From positions 7,474 to 71,473 of the forward strand of contig SACF01000016.1 in NCBI GenBank assembly GCA_009928665.1: 64,000 nucleotides of DNA, in the 5' to 3' direction. The notes under the pieces are model-generated. The model saw nothing but the letters and a program-made list of their open reading frames with translations, had not been told where the DNA came from and made no database searches. This DNA is from Alphaproteobacteria bacterium (GTDB lineage: Bacteria; Bacteroidota; Bacteroidia; Bacteroidales; FEN-979). Positions 1-9,395 of the stretch are shown one piece after another. The translations under genes were made by a program, and so were the position numbers. Position 1 is the stretch's first letter. The number at the start of each line of letters is the position of its first letter.

Positions 1-163
1 TGGGGGTGTTATTCAATCCCGAACAGGGGGTTGTGACGATTTCTGATTTTGTCGCGTATCCATCGGGGGGTTGCTGCCGTTGAATGGATACCTTGCTATG
101 TTGGCCCAGCGTAAAAAGGGCGCAACAGAAGATCAGAAACAAAGTGAGGGATAATTTTTTCAT
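1..163 (-). CDS. hypothetical secreted protein, 5' part only (runs off the window edge)
   Basis: ATG (rc) at 161-163. My translation MKKLSLTLFLIFCCALFTLGQHSKVSIQRQQPPDGY... has a signal-peptide-like N-terminus. The frame stays open to position 1, and a TAnnTTTG box lies 23 nt upstream. Confidence 0.4.
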   Translation of the reverse strand, partial: MKKLSLTLFLIFCCALFTLGQHSKVSIQRQQPPDGYATKSEIVTTPCSGLNNTP

Positions 164-186
164 GGGGACCTCCGGTTAATTTAAAA

Positions 187-194
187 CAAATATA
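187..194 (-). promoter_or_regulatory. candidate Bacteroidota -7 box (TATATTTG)
   Basis: Matches TAnnTTTG on the coding strand, 23 nt upstream of the ATG at 163. Confidence 0.35.
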
Positions 195-207
195 ATCATT
201 TTGCGGA

Positions 208-2985
208 TCAGATCAATTTATCTTCATGGTCGGCACAATGTAACCGGCAAGAGCGGTTAGCATGTTCGCAGGTACATTTGCCCAGGGCTTTGTCGACGAT
301 CAGTTTCTGCTGGATTTTATGAAGTCGCGATGATCCCGTTGCAGGGCTGCCGGTAGCGGGCCGTGCAACATGGTGCAACCTGACCTCAGAAAAATTAAGG
401 AGGATGTGTTTCCAGGCTCCCATGTTCACCGGTTCCTCCTGGGCCCATTCGAAGTGGACGGCTTGGGTGTACCGGCGGATGGCCAGCCGGATCTCCTCTT
501 CCGGCAACGGATAAAGTTGTTCTATCCGGATCAGGGCGGTCTCTGTATTTCCCTGTTTTTCACGTTCTTCGAAAATGTCGTAATAGACCTTGCCGGAACA
601 CAGAACGACTCTTTTTACCCCGGATGGATCGGGGTTGTTTTCATCGATCACCGGTTTGAAACTACCGTTCGTGAATTCCGAAAGCGAGGATACACAAAGG
701 GGATTACGCAACAGGCTTTTCGGCGTAAAAACCACCAGGGGTTTTCGGAAGGGCCATTTCAGCTGTCGCCGGAGGAGGTGGAAAAAGTTGGCAGGGGTGG
801 TACAGTTGGCGATCTGGATGTTCTGGTGCCCGCATAGGGAGAGGAAGCGTTCGAGCCGGGCTGATGAATGTTCCGGGCCCTGGCCTTCGTATCCGTGCGG
901 GAGCAGGAGCACCAAGCCGTTCATTATTTTCCATTTATCTTCGGCGCTGCTGATGTATTGATCGATGACGATCTGGGCGCCGTTGCTGAAATCGCCGAAC
1001 TGGGCTTCCCAGAGGGTCAATGCTTCGGGTGCGGCCAGCGCGTAACCATACTCAAATCCCAGTACCCCGTATTCGGAAAGCAGTGAATTATAAATGGTGA
1101 CGGGTGCCTGGGCGGGTGAAATATGTCGTAGGGGTGTATATTTTTCCTCGGAATCCTCTACGGTCAGTACGGCGTGCCTGTGGCTGAAGGTTCCGCGCTG
1201 GCTGTCCTGACCACTTAACCTGACCGGATGGCCCTCTTCGGCCAGCGATCCATAGGCAAGCAATTCACCCATAGCCCAGTCAAGCTTTCCCTGTTCCAGC
1301 ATCCGTTTCCGGTCATCCTGCATTTTAATGATCTTTCTGAAAAAAGTCTTTCCTTTAGGCAGGTTCGTGAGTTTTAATCCGATTTCAAGAAGCTTTTCGA
1401 GGGGGATGGATGTTTCGGGCGAGTGCCGGAAATCGTCGGGAACAGCTTTCCGGTAGGAAGACCATTCTTTTTCGAGAAAAGGATCGATATCGCCTTTTTC
1501 AATCGTTTTTGCTTCTTCAAATCCTTCTTCGAAAAAAGATTCGGTGGTTTTCCTGATCTCTTCGAAATTCAATGACTTCAGTGCCTGCTCACGTTCCAGT
1601 TTTTCGAGGTAGATCTCAAGCGGATCGGGATGTTTTTCGATGATTTTATACAGAATGGGCTGGGTGAACCTGGGCTCGTCACTTTCATTGTGTCCGTGCT
1701 TGCGGTACCCCAGCAGGTCGATGAAAATATCCTTCTTGAAAACAGCCCTGAATTCCATGGCCAGGCGAACCGCGTATACCACTGCTTCCACATCATCGGC
1801 ATTTACATGGAAAATGGGAGCCTGGATGGTTTTTGCGACATCGGTACAGTAAATACTCGATCTTCCGTCGAGGTAATTGGTGGTAAATCCGATCTGGTTG
1901 TTAACCACGATATGGATGGTTCCGCCAGTTTTATAACCCTCCAGTTCCGACATCTGGATCAATTCGTAAATAATGCCCTGACCCGATATGGATGCATCGC
2001 CATGGATCAGGATCGGCGCGACCCGGTTGAAATCGCCGTTCCACGACAGATCGATCCGGGCGCGGGCGAGGCCTTCCACAACGGGATCGACGGTCTCGAG
2101 ATGGGAGGGATTGGGCGTCAGGGTCAGCCTGACGGAAGCGCCATTGCCGGTCGTTATCTCATGGGAATATCCCAGATGGTATTTGACATCGCCGAGCAGA
2201 TCCTCATCATGGTACTCCTTTCCTTCGAATTCCGAAAAGATCTGTTTATACGGCTTCTGCAAAATGTTACCCAAAACATTGAGCCTGCCCCGGTGCGACA
2301 TACCCAGGATAAACTCGGATATACCGAGTTCTGCTCCTTTCCGGATAACTGCATCAAGCGCAGGGATCAGGGATTCGGCTCCCTCGAGTGAAAAACTTTT
2401 CTGCCCGGGAAATTTTTTATGGATGAACTTCTCAAAGAGTACGCCTTCAGCAAGTTTCTGAAGGATGCTACGGCGTTCCTCCACTGAAAAGTCAGGTCGG
2501 TTCCTGGTGGATTCCATTTTACCTTTCAACCATGATACGATCTCCGGCTTCCGGATATAAAAATATTCGACTCCGATCGATTGGCAGTAGGTTTGTTTCA
2601 GGGCCTCAATGATTTCGGAAAGCCTGGCATTCCCTAACCCGATCTCTTTTCCTGCCTGAAAGGTCTTGTTCATATCTTCAGCTGTCAGGCCGAAATGCTC
2701 AATGTCGAGCGTTGGCTCATATTTTCTTCGCGTCCTTACCGGATTGGTCCGGGTGAAGAGATGCCCCCGTTGCCTGTAGGCGGTGATCAGGTTCACCACC
2801 TTGAATTCATTGGGGTAAATATAAGCTTCCCCTTTTTCAGCTTTATAATTCGTCTGGCAAAATTCAAATCCTTCAAAAAATTTTCTCCAGGTCTCCTCGA
2901 CCGACGATGGGTCATTTTTAAATTGTTCGTACAATCCGTCGATTACCGAATGATCCGGTTGATTCACGTAATTAAACTTATCCAT
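208..2985 (-). CDS. sucA: 2-oxoglutarate dehydrogenase E1 component
   Basis: 925-aa ORF. The N-terminus DGLYEQFKNDPSSVEETWRKFFEGFEF and the TPP-site IHGDASISGQGIIYE are typical of OGDH E1, and the length fits the family. Confidence 0.95.
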   Translation of the reverse strand: MDKFNYVNQPDHSVIDGLYEQFKNDPSSVEETWRKFFEGFEFCQTNYKAEKGEAYIYPNEFKVVNLITAYRQRGHLFTRTNPVRTRRKYEPTLDIEHFGLTAEDMNKTFQAGKEIGLGNARLSEIIEALKQTYCQSIGVEYFYIRKPEIVSWLKGKMESTRNRPDFSVEERRSILQKLAEGVLFEKFIHKKFPGQKSFSLEGAESLIPALDAVIRKGAELGISEFILGMSHRGRLNVLGNILQKPYKQIFSEFEGKEYHDEDLLGDVKYHLGYSHEITTGNGASVRLTLTPNPSHLETVDPVVEGLARARIDLSWNGDFNRVAPILIHGDASISGQGIIYELIQMSELEGYKTGGTIHIVVNNQIGFTTNYLDGRSSIYCTDVAKTIQAPIFHVNADDVEAVVYAVRLAMEFRAVFKKDIFIDLLGYRKHGHNESDEPRFTQPILYKIIEKHPDPLEIYLEKLEREQALKSLNFEEIRKTTESFFEEGFEEAKTIEKGDIDPFLEKEWSSYRKAVPDDFRHSPETSIPLEKLLEIGLKLTNLPKGKTFFRKIIKMQDDRKRMLEQGKLDWAMGELLAYGSLAEEGHPVRLSGQDSQRGTFSHRHAVLTVEDSEEKYTPLRHISPAQAPVTIYNSLLSEYGVLGFEYGYALAAPEALTLWEAQFGDFSNGAQIVIDQYISSAEDKWKIMNGLVLLLPHGYEGQGPEHSSARLERFLSLCGHQNIQIANCTTPANFFHLLRRQLKWPFRKPLVVFTPKSLLRNPLCVSSLSEFTNGSFKPVIDENNPDPSGVKRVVLCSGKVYYDIFEEREKQGNTETALIRIEQLYPLPEEEIRLAIRRYTQAVHFEWAQEEPVNMGAWKHILLNFSEVRLHHVARPATGSPATGSSRLHKIQQKLIVDKALGKCTCEHANRSCRLHCADHEDKLI

Positions 2986-3009
2986 AGGTAAAAAGATCGA
3001 TTATCGCAT

Positions 3010-3017
3010 CAAATATA
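3010..3017 (-). promoter_or_regulatory. candidate -7 box (TATATTTG) for sucA
   Basis: Matches TAnnTTTG, 24 nt upstream of the sucA ATG. Confidence 0.35.
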
Positions 3018-3101
3018 GATAATATGATGCTTCCATGCGAACGCGCACAGCTGATTTTCTCTTTTAACCCGAGGAGCCTTTGATATCCAGTGAAATATTA
3101 G

Positions 3102-3109
3102 TAATTTTG
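3102..3109 (+). promoter_or_regulatory. candidate -7 box (TAATTTTG) for the M20 peptidase gene
   Basis: Matches TAnnTTTG, 34 nt upstream of the ATG at 3144. Confidence 0.35.
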
Positions 3110-3143
3110 CACACCCAAAACATGAGTCAGAAAATAATAGCAG

Positions 3144-4520
3144 ATGGAGCAAATTAAAGATTACGTCGCAGAGCACAAGGACCGGTTTCTGCAGGAGTTG
3201 TTTGGCCTGATCCGTATTCCCTCGGTAAGTTCCGTAGCCGATCACAGGGAGGATATGGTCAGGGCCGCCGAGTATTGGAGAAAGACCCTCCGCGAAGCCG
3301 GTTGTACACGAAGTGAGATATTTCCGACTGAAGGAAATCCTATTGTTTACGGTGAAAAGATCATCGATCCGGCACTTCCCACCGTGCTGGTATACGGCCA
3401 TTACGATGTAATGCCGGTCGATCCTGTTGATCTGTGGGAATCATCCCCGTTCAAGCCCGAGGTGCGGGATGGAAAAATCTATGCACGGGGCGCAGATGAC
3501 GACAAGGGGCAATCGTTCATGCATGCCAAGGCTTTTGAAGCCATGGTACGTACCAATTCACTGCCCTGCAATGTGAAGTTCATGATCGAGGGGGAAGAGG
3601 AGATCGGATCCGCCCATATCGGTCCATTCTGTGAGGAATACAAGGAGATGCTGAAATCGGACATCATCCTCGTTTCCGATACTTCGATGATCGGTTTGAA
3701 GACTCCTTCGATCACTGTGGGATTGCGGGGACTGGCTTACATGCAGGTTGAGGTGACGGGTCCCGAATTCGATCTTCATTCCGGAATTTTCGGCGGCGCC
3801 GTTGCCAACCCGATCAACATACTCGCGAGGATGATTGCAGCCATGACCGACGATTCGGGAAGGATCACCATTCCTGGTTTTTATGATGAAGTCGTTGTAA
3901 TCAGTGACCAGGAACGAATGGAGATGGCCAAAGCCCCGTTTGATGAGGAGTCGTATAAACGGAATATCGGGGTGGATGCATTATACGGAGAAAGCGGGTA
4001 TACTACCAAGGAACGGACCGGAATCCGTCCGACGCTCGATGTGAACGGCATGTGGGGTGGTTATACCTCCGAAGGCACCAAGACCGTCCTGCCCTCAAAG
4101 GCCTATGCCAAGATCTCCATGCGTTTGGTGCCCAATCAGAACCATAAAAAGATCAGCGAATTATTTGAACGCTATTTCACATCCATGGCGCCTGAATATG
4201 TAAAGGTTAAGGTAGAAGCCTTGCACGGAGGGGAAGCCTATGTTTCGCCCATGGATACCTTCGGGTATCAGGCTGCAAGCAAAGCCATGGAGAAGGTCCT
4301 TGAGACCAGGCCGATTCCGGTTCGCAGTGGCGGCAGTATTCCGATTATCCCCCAGTTTGAAGAGATCCTGGGCGTCAAATCCATCCTGATGGGTTTCGGG
4401 CTTGAATCGGACGCAATCCACTCCCCGAATGAAAATTACCCGCTGGAGAATTTCTACAAGGGTATTGAAACCATTCCCTGGTTCTACCAGTACTTTACCG
4501 AAATGTACCGGAACCGTTAG
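3144..4520 (+). CDS. M20 family metallopeptidase (dipeptidase-like)
   Basis: 458-aa ORF with M20 (ArgE/DapE/CNDP-type) motifs YGHYDVMPVDP, ARGADDDKGQ and EGEEEIGS. Confidence 0.9.
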   Translation: MEQIKDYVAEHKDRFLQELFGLIRIPSVSSVADHREDMVRAAEYWRKTLREAGCTRSEIFPTEGNPIVYGEKIIDPALPTVLVYGHYDVMPVDPVDLWESSPFKPEVRDGKIYARGADDDKGQSFMHAKAFEAMVRTNSLPCNVKFMIEGEEEIGSAHIGPFCEEYKEMLKSDIILVSDTSMIGLKTPSITVGLRGLAYMQVEVTGPEFDLHSGIFGGAVANPINILARMIAAMTDDSGRITIPGFYDEVVVISDQERMEMAKAPFDEESYKRNIGVDALYGESGYTTKERTGIRPTLDVNGMWGGYTSEGTKTVLPSKAYAKISMRLVPNQNHKKISELFERYFTSMAPEYVKVKVEALHGGEAYVSPMDTFGYQAASKAMEKVLETRPIPVRSGGSIPIIPQFEEILGVKSILMGFGLESDAIHSPNENYPLENFYKGIETIPWFYQYFTEMYRNR

Positions 4521-6280
4521 TCCTTCACGAATTTCATGGTTGATAAGGTATTTCCGTTATCAACCCGGATGAAATAGATGCCCGGCGTCCACGATGAGAC
4601 ATCGAGTGTATTGACATTAGGACCCTGGAACCTGATCTTTCCCACTGTATTGAAGATCGTTACCATTGCCTTTTGTTCCTGATCCGCACCGGTTCCGGGG
4701 ATCCGGATATTCAGAATGTCATGACAGGGATTCGGTGCAAGGGTCATAATCGGTTCCTGAAGTTCTTCTGTTCCGACCGGTGAATACATAAAACCGGTTT
4801 CTGCTGAAAACAATCCCGGCAAATATCCGTTGTCGATGGTCTGAACGCTGAAGTAGTAATAACCTTCCGGGATTCCCGTGACTTTCCATGAGGTATCGGC
4901 GGTGGTGTTACCGCGGCAAACCACCTGTCGGAAACCACTCGCGGGATCAGCCATGGGCGCCATCGTATTAAAGGATCCGGATGCCGTACCGATCATGAGG
5001 TTATAAGAGAGTGCGTTGACGGGGGTTTCGGCATCCATCGCTGAAATCCATGTGATGACCAGGTCGTTCGACACCTGGGAAACCGTCAGGTTGCCGGGTG
5101 CGGTTGGCGGGGAATTGACAGCGAAGGTGGTGGTATCACCCAGGTTGTTCAGATACAACAATGTTTTCGATACATCAAAGCCGTCAATCCCGGTAAACAG
5201 AAGGTCTGTATGACCGTCGTTGTTAACATCTCCCCAGGTAACGCCCCCGTTCCGGATTCCCGGGAGCAGACTGCTTTCGGTTACGAAATTCATATAGCCG
5301 AGGTTGTGGTGGAGGAGCGTAACCGCGGTACCGCCGCAAGCCGGCATCCTGCCGATCAGGATCAGGTCCTGAAGTCCGTCGGCATCATAATCACCAATAT
5401 CGAACGAGGAGTGCAGGATGTTTGAGTTCGGGATTTCAAACTGAGTAAACTGATCATTTCTGTCATTCCGGTAAACGAAGAAATAGCCGTCGACGTAAAT
5501 ATCCATCCCTGACAAGGCCAGGTCAAGGTCGCCATCCCGATCGAGGTCGGCAAATTCAGCATGACCCCCGTAAAGCCCCGTGAATGGCGCCGGAGAGATG
5601 TTGACTTCAGTGAAAATTCCATGGTTGTTGCGATACAGGAGCGAATGGATACCGCCTCCCGTATCTCCACATATTAAGGCATCCAGCTGGCCATCGTTGT
5701 TGTAGTCGCCCCAGCAGCAACGTCCGCTTTGGACCGGCGGGAAGGGCGCCAGAATATCGGTGAAGAGATGATTCCCGTCGTTGCGAAAGATTTTCGAAAG
5801 ACTATTACCAGCCATCAGGATATCAAGATCGCCGTCGTTGTCGTAATCGCCCCAGGTTACCCTTCCATCCTGCATTCCGGGAAGCGCGATACCGGATTCG
5901 GTGAATACCCCTGAGCTGTTGTCATAAACTTTTGTATAGGAATTCCCCGATGCATCCATTCCCGCCAGGATCAGATCCAGATCTCCATCGGCGTCGTAAT
6001 CGCCCCATTCGGTCGCCCCGTAATGCAAGGCAGGAAGGTTTGCCCCGATATCGGTAAAAACGCCCTGATCGTTCCGCAATATCTTCGACCGTGGATAGAT
6101 CCCTTCGGCGCCGCTGATTGCCAGATCGAGGTCGCCATCGTTGTCAAAATCCCCCCAGGCGCAACTGCTGTAGCCCAGTTGAGGTAAAGTCACATGGGCT
6201 AATGAAAAGGGAGGTTGCTGCCCCGACGATGTGAAGGAGATCAACAGTAAACCAAATATCCCCAAAATATGAAGTCTCAT
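4517..6280 (-). CDS. FG-GAP/VCBS-repeat protein with T9SS C-terminal sorting domain
   Basis: Repeated WGDYDNDGDLD-type FG-GAP motifs. The C-terminus (LAPNPCHDILNIRI...GIYFIRV...MKFVKD) looks like a T9SS type-A CTD. I place the start at MRLHILGIFGLLLISF (signal peptide, ATG rc 6278-6280), because the longer track ORF (to 6349) translates the octamer repeat. Confidence 0.85.
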   Translation of the reverse strand: MRLHILGIFGLLLISFTSSGQQPPFSLAHVTLPQLGYSSCAWGDFDNDGDLDLAISGAEGIYPRSKILRNDQGVFTDIGANLPALHYGATEWGDYDADGDLDLILAGMDASGNSYTKVYDNSSGVFTESGIALPGMQDGRVTWGDYDNDGDLDILMAGNSLSKIFRNDGNHLFTDILAPFPPVQSGRCCWGDYNNDGQLDALICGDTGGGIHSLLYRNNHGIFTEVNISPAPFTGLYGGHAEFADLDRDGDLDLALSGMDIYVDGYFFVYRNDRNDQFTQFEIPNSNILHSSFDIGDYDADGLQDLILIGRMPACGGTAVTLLHHNLGYMNFVTESSLLPGIRNGGVTWGDVNNDGHTDLLFTGIDGFDVSKTLLYLNNLGDTTTFAVNSPPTAPGNLTVSQVSNDLVITWISAMDAETPVNALSYNLMIGTASGSFNTMAPMADPASGFRQVVCRGNTTADTSWKVTGIPEGYYYFSVQTIDNGYLPGLFSAETGFMYSPVGTEELQEPIMTLAPNPCHDILNIRIPGTGADQEQKAMVTIFNTVGKIRFQGPNVNTLDVSSWTPGIYFIRVDNGNTLSTMKFVKD

Positions 6281-6323
6281 AATGAGTAATTGAGTGAATG
6301 AGTGAATGAGTGAATGACTGAAT
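6281..6323. repeat. octamer tandem array (AATGAGTG-type, 5 units)
   Basis: The units read aatgagta attgagtg aatgagtg aatgagtg aatgactg. The array abuts the ATG (rc 6278-6280) of the FG-GAP gene. Confidence 0.95.
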
Positions 6324-6342
6324 TTTTCTGATCTTTTTTCCG

Positions 6343-6384
6343 TTTTCAATTTTCAATTGTCAATTGTCAATTTTCAATTGTCAA
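6343..6384. repeat. heptamer tandem array (TTTTCAA/TTGTCAA, 6 units)
   Basis: The units read ttttcaa ttttcaa ttgtcaa ttgtcaa ttttcaa ttgtcaa. The array contains the dsbD stop codon (6374-6376). Confidence 0.95.
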
Positions 6385-8491
6385 TTCTTAATGCTTCCTT
6401 ATTAAAATTTTCAAGACCGGTATTCAAAAATTTCACAAAGGCGTCCACATTCAGGTCATAGGCCCGCGGCTGTGTCAACAGGTGACCGGAGGTGTCGAGT
6501 AACACGTAATAGGGTTGTGAATTCACGTTAAACCGGGTGATTTGAAGGTCGGCGAATATCTTTCCGATCGTCTTCTTCACTTTTTTATCGTAGGTGGATG
6601 TGACCCACTCCGGTTGCGGGAGTTCTGTTTTATCGTCGACGTAAAGCGCCGTGACCAGATAGTTTTCGCGTAAGATTTTAAGCACTTTTGGATCGGACCA
6701 CACATTTGCTTCCATTTCGCGGCAGTTGACGCAACCGTGTCCGGTGAAATCGATAAAGAGAGGTTTATTCATTTTTTTGGAGCAGGCCAACGCCTGTTTG
6801 TAGTCGAAATAGCCTTCGAGTCCGTGCGGAAGCTTAAGGAAATCGGCATATTTGGGCTTGTCGCACAGGGAGGACGGGGTTTGCCCGGCGTTTCCGCCCC
6901 CGGAGCCGATCGTGGCAACTTCCGATTTCACGATGGCATTGATATCGAAATCCTGATAGGTTGTAGGGGGAAGGTAACCCGAAAGGGCCTTCAGGGGAGC
7001 CCCCCACATTCCTGGGATCATATAAACCACGAAGGAGAAGACGATGATGGCGAGGATGATGCGGGGCACGCTGATGAACGGGAGATCGGAATCGTGGTTG
7101 AATTTAAGTTTGCCGATCAGGTACATTCCCATCAGGAAGAAGATCACGATCCAGAAGGCGAGGTAGACTTCCCGGTCGAGGATATGCCAGTGGTAGGTCT
7201 GGTCGGCGATGCTCAGGAACTTCAATCCCAGCGCCAGTTCAAGGAATCCCAGCACCACCTTTACGGAGTTAAGCCATCCGCCTGATTTTGGGAGTTGTGC
7301 GAGCCACGAGGGGAAAAAGGCAAACAATCCGAAGGGCAGGGCAAAGGCAAGGGAGAAGCCGAACATACCGATGATGGGCATGAGGATGTCTCCGCTGGCT
7401 GATTTCACGAGGAGGGCGCCCACGATGGGTCCGGTGCAGGAGAAGGAGACAAGAACCAGCGTGAATGCCATGAAAAAAGCGCCGCCATAACCGCCTTTAT
7501 CGGCCTGGCGGTCGGCTGTATTTACCAGCCAGCTTGGAAGGGTGATCTCGAACATTCCCAGAAAGGATGCCGCGAATACCATGAAAATTACGAAAAAGAA
7601 GATATTCGGCAGCCAGTGGGTACTGATGAAGTTGTTGAAGTTGGCGCCCATCGTGACGGCTACCAGCACACCCAGTACCATGTAAATCACGATGATCGAT
7701 AACCCGTACACGATGGCCTCCATTCTCGCCTTGCGCTTATTGGACGTGTCATGCATGAAGAAGGTCACGGTCATCGGGATCATGGGGAACACACAGGGGG
7801 TCACGATGGCCAGTAAACCGGCAACGAAAGAGATGATGAAGAACCAAAGTAACGACTGATCGGCTGCCTTGTCGGCGGCGGTTTCGCCTAACTGTGTCTG
7901 GGAAGGAGCCGGGGTTGCCGGGTTGATCGTGACCGGGGTGATGGCCTTTTTGGAAGTGTCGGTAGCTGCGGGTCCTGCCGTTGTTCCGCCGGTAGTCGTC
8001 GGAGCGGATGAAATTTCGGCCGCAGCGGGATTGCCTTTCAGGTTGAATTCAAATTCAATGTCATTCGGCGGAAGGCACTGTTTATCGTCGCAACACATGA
8101 AATTGACCACCCCTTTCACGACGAAATCTTTGGGACTCAGGATCTTTATCTTTTGTTTGAAGACGGCCTTATCTGCAAAGAATTTCAGAATCATTCCGAA
8201 ATTGGGGTCATTTTCCTCAATGGGCTTTGATTCCCTTACTTTCCCGATCAACTGATAATCCTTGCTTTTGGTAAATGAAAAGGAGGTCGGGAGCGGCCCT
8301 TCTTTATCTGTTGGTATATCCTGGGAATAGAGGTGCCAGGTTTTGTCGATATGAGCGGTCATCACCAGGGTAGCTTCTTCGGGGGTCGGTTGTTCCACTT
8401 TGAAACTCCATTTGACCGGTTCGAGAATCTGCGAATGGACGCAAAAGGGAATCAGAAGCAGGGCCAGCAGGCCGATCCTTAGACTTTTCAT
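6374..8491 (-). CDS. dsbD: protein-disulfide reductase DsbD family protein
   Basis: Signal peptide, an N-terminal DsbD-alpha-like domain (FMCCDDKQCLPP), a polytopic core with TPCVFPMIPMT, and a C-terminal thioredoxin fold with FTGHGCVNCREME. Confidence 0.9.
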   Translation of the reverse strand: MKSLRIGLLALLLIPFCVHSQILEPVKWSFKVEQPTPEEATLVMTAHIDKTWHLYSQDIPTDKEGPLPTSFSFTKSKDYQLIGKVRESKPIEENDPNFGMILKFFADKAVFKQKIKILSPKDFVVKGVVNFMCCDDKQCLPPNDIEFEFNLKGNPAAAEISSAPTTTGGTTAGPAATDTSKKAITPVTINPATPAPSQTQLGETAADKAADQSLLWFFIISFVAGLLAIVTPCVFPMIPMTVTFFMHDTSNKRKARMEAIVYGLSIIVIYMVLGVLVAVTMGANFNNFISTHWLPNIFFFVIFMVFAASFLGMFEITLPSWLVNTADRQADKGGYGGAFFMAFTLVLVSFSCTGPIVGALLVKSASGDILMPIIGMFGFSLAFALPFGLFAFFPSWLAQLPKSGGWLNSVKVVLGFLELALGLKFLSIADQTYHWHILDREVYLAFWIVIFFLMGMYLIGKLKFNHDSDLPFISVPRIILAIIVFSFVVYMIPGMWGAPLKALSGYLPPTTYQDFDINAIVKSEVATIGSGGGNAGQTPSSLCDKPKYADFLKLPHGLEGYFDYKQALACSKKMNKPLFIDFTGHGCVNCREMEANVWSDPKVLKILRENYLVTALYVDDKTELPQPEWVTSTYDKKVKKTIGKIFADLQITRFNVNSQPYYVLLDTSGHLLTQPRAYDLNVDAFVKFLNTGLENFNKEALRIDN

Positions 8492-8675
8492 ACGTGTTGT
8501 ATTGGTGACTTCAAGTATAATATGGCTGACAGAAAACTTTAAAAACCGGGTGTTTTCGGCATTGGGTTGATGACAAAGCCGGAAGCCCGGAAAACGATTG
8601 ATTTGATCACTGCTGCAAAGATATAGAAATTTACTTATGTAATCCCGCCGGTAAGTTATAGCATGCGTTGCATGG

Positions 8676-9371
8676 TCAGTCTTTCAGAATCCTGACCTCG
8701 GTCCGCCGGTTTTTCTGTTTGCCTTCATCCGTATCATTGTCGGCCACCGGCTGGGTTTCACCATATCCCCTGGCGATGATCCGGTTTTCGGCGACACCCT
8801 TTCGTATCAGGTACGATCGCACGGCATTGGCACGGTCGGCGGAGAGTTTCATGTTGGCATCGGGCGATCCCACATTGTCGGTATGTCCCGCAATCTCGAT
8901 CTCCATTTTTGGTTTAATCTTCAGCACCGTCACCAGTTCATCGAGCGCGGTATTAGACTCTTTGCGGATGGTGGCTTTTCCGGTATCAAAGAATACGTTC
9001 TTCAGGGTGAAGATCCTGGGTGGGTCGTATTTCATCGTAAAAGTATAGGTCATACGGTGGTCGCCGCCGGGCACGTCGATCTCCTTGTATTTAACCTGGT
9101 CGCTGAAATACTTGTAATACACAGTATATTTGTCGCCCGAAGGAATCCGGATCGTGCATTTTCCGTCGGCGCCAGTGGTTCCGGCTAACTTCTGTTCCCC
9201 TGTCTTTTTTACGAGAATGATCGTTTCACCCTGGCGTGGTGTGCCGCTTTTGCTGGTGACGATCACATTGAAAACCGCTTCGGTTTCGGAGGGTTTATTG
9301 TCCTGGCTGTATCCACGGATGGTGGATAAAAGAACCAGAGCCAGGAGGACTGAAAATGTTTTGGTTTTCAT
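8676..9371 (-). CDS. OmpA family protein (N-terminal beta-sandwich plus OmpA/MotB C-terminal domain)
   Basis: Signal peptide, plus the motifs IAGHTDNVGSPDANMKLSADRANAVRSYL...NRRTEVRI typical of the OmpA-like peptidoglycan-binding domain. Confidence 0.9.
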   Translation of the reverse strand: MKTKTFSVLLALVLLSTIRGYSQDNKPSETEAVFNVIVTSKSGTPRQGETIILVKKTGEQKLAGTTGADGKCTIRIPSGDKYTVYYKYFSDQVKYKEIDVPGGDHRMTYTFTMKYDPPRIFTLKNVFFDTGKATIRKESNTALDELVTVLKIKPKMEIEIAGHTDNVGSPDANMKLSADRANAVRSYLIRKGVAENRIIARGYGETQPVADNDTDEGKQKNRRTEVRILKD

Positions 9372-9395
9372 GTGTTAATAATTTTATATTTCATT

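Noticed and set aside
208-285. Cys-rich ~25-aa C-terminal tail of SucA (GKCTCEHANRSCRLHCADHEDKLI) overlapping an imperfect hairpin. It could be a read-through past the ancestral stop or a metal-binding tail.
   Set aside because: I cannot tell a genuine extension from a lost stop without homologue alignment. The hairpin is imperfect and there is no other support.
1630-2391. 253-aa plus-strand ORF antisense to sucA, with similar shadows at 370-837 and 1988-2461.
   Set aside because: It lies entirely inside a confidently identified gene on the other strand. It has no motifs, and its low-complexity composition is typical of antisense shadow ORFs.
4517-6349. Longer 610-aa version of the FG-GAP ORF starting at 6349 (MKTEKRSEKFSHSLIHSFTQLLI...), and the 70-aa ORF at 6144-6356.
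   Set aside because: The extra residues (SHSLIHSFT...) are simply the translation of the stop-free strand of the octamer repeat. A canonical signal peptide starts at the internal Met (6280).
6343-6384. (TTGACAA)n read as stacked sigma-70 -35 hexamers (TTGACA).
   Set aside because: Bacteroidota primary sigma factors use -33 TTTG and -7 TAnnTTTG rather than TTGACA/TATAAT, and no matching -10 sits at the proper spacing. I kept this only as a speculative remark in the junction finding.
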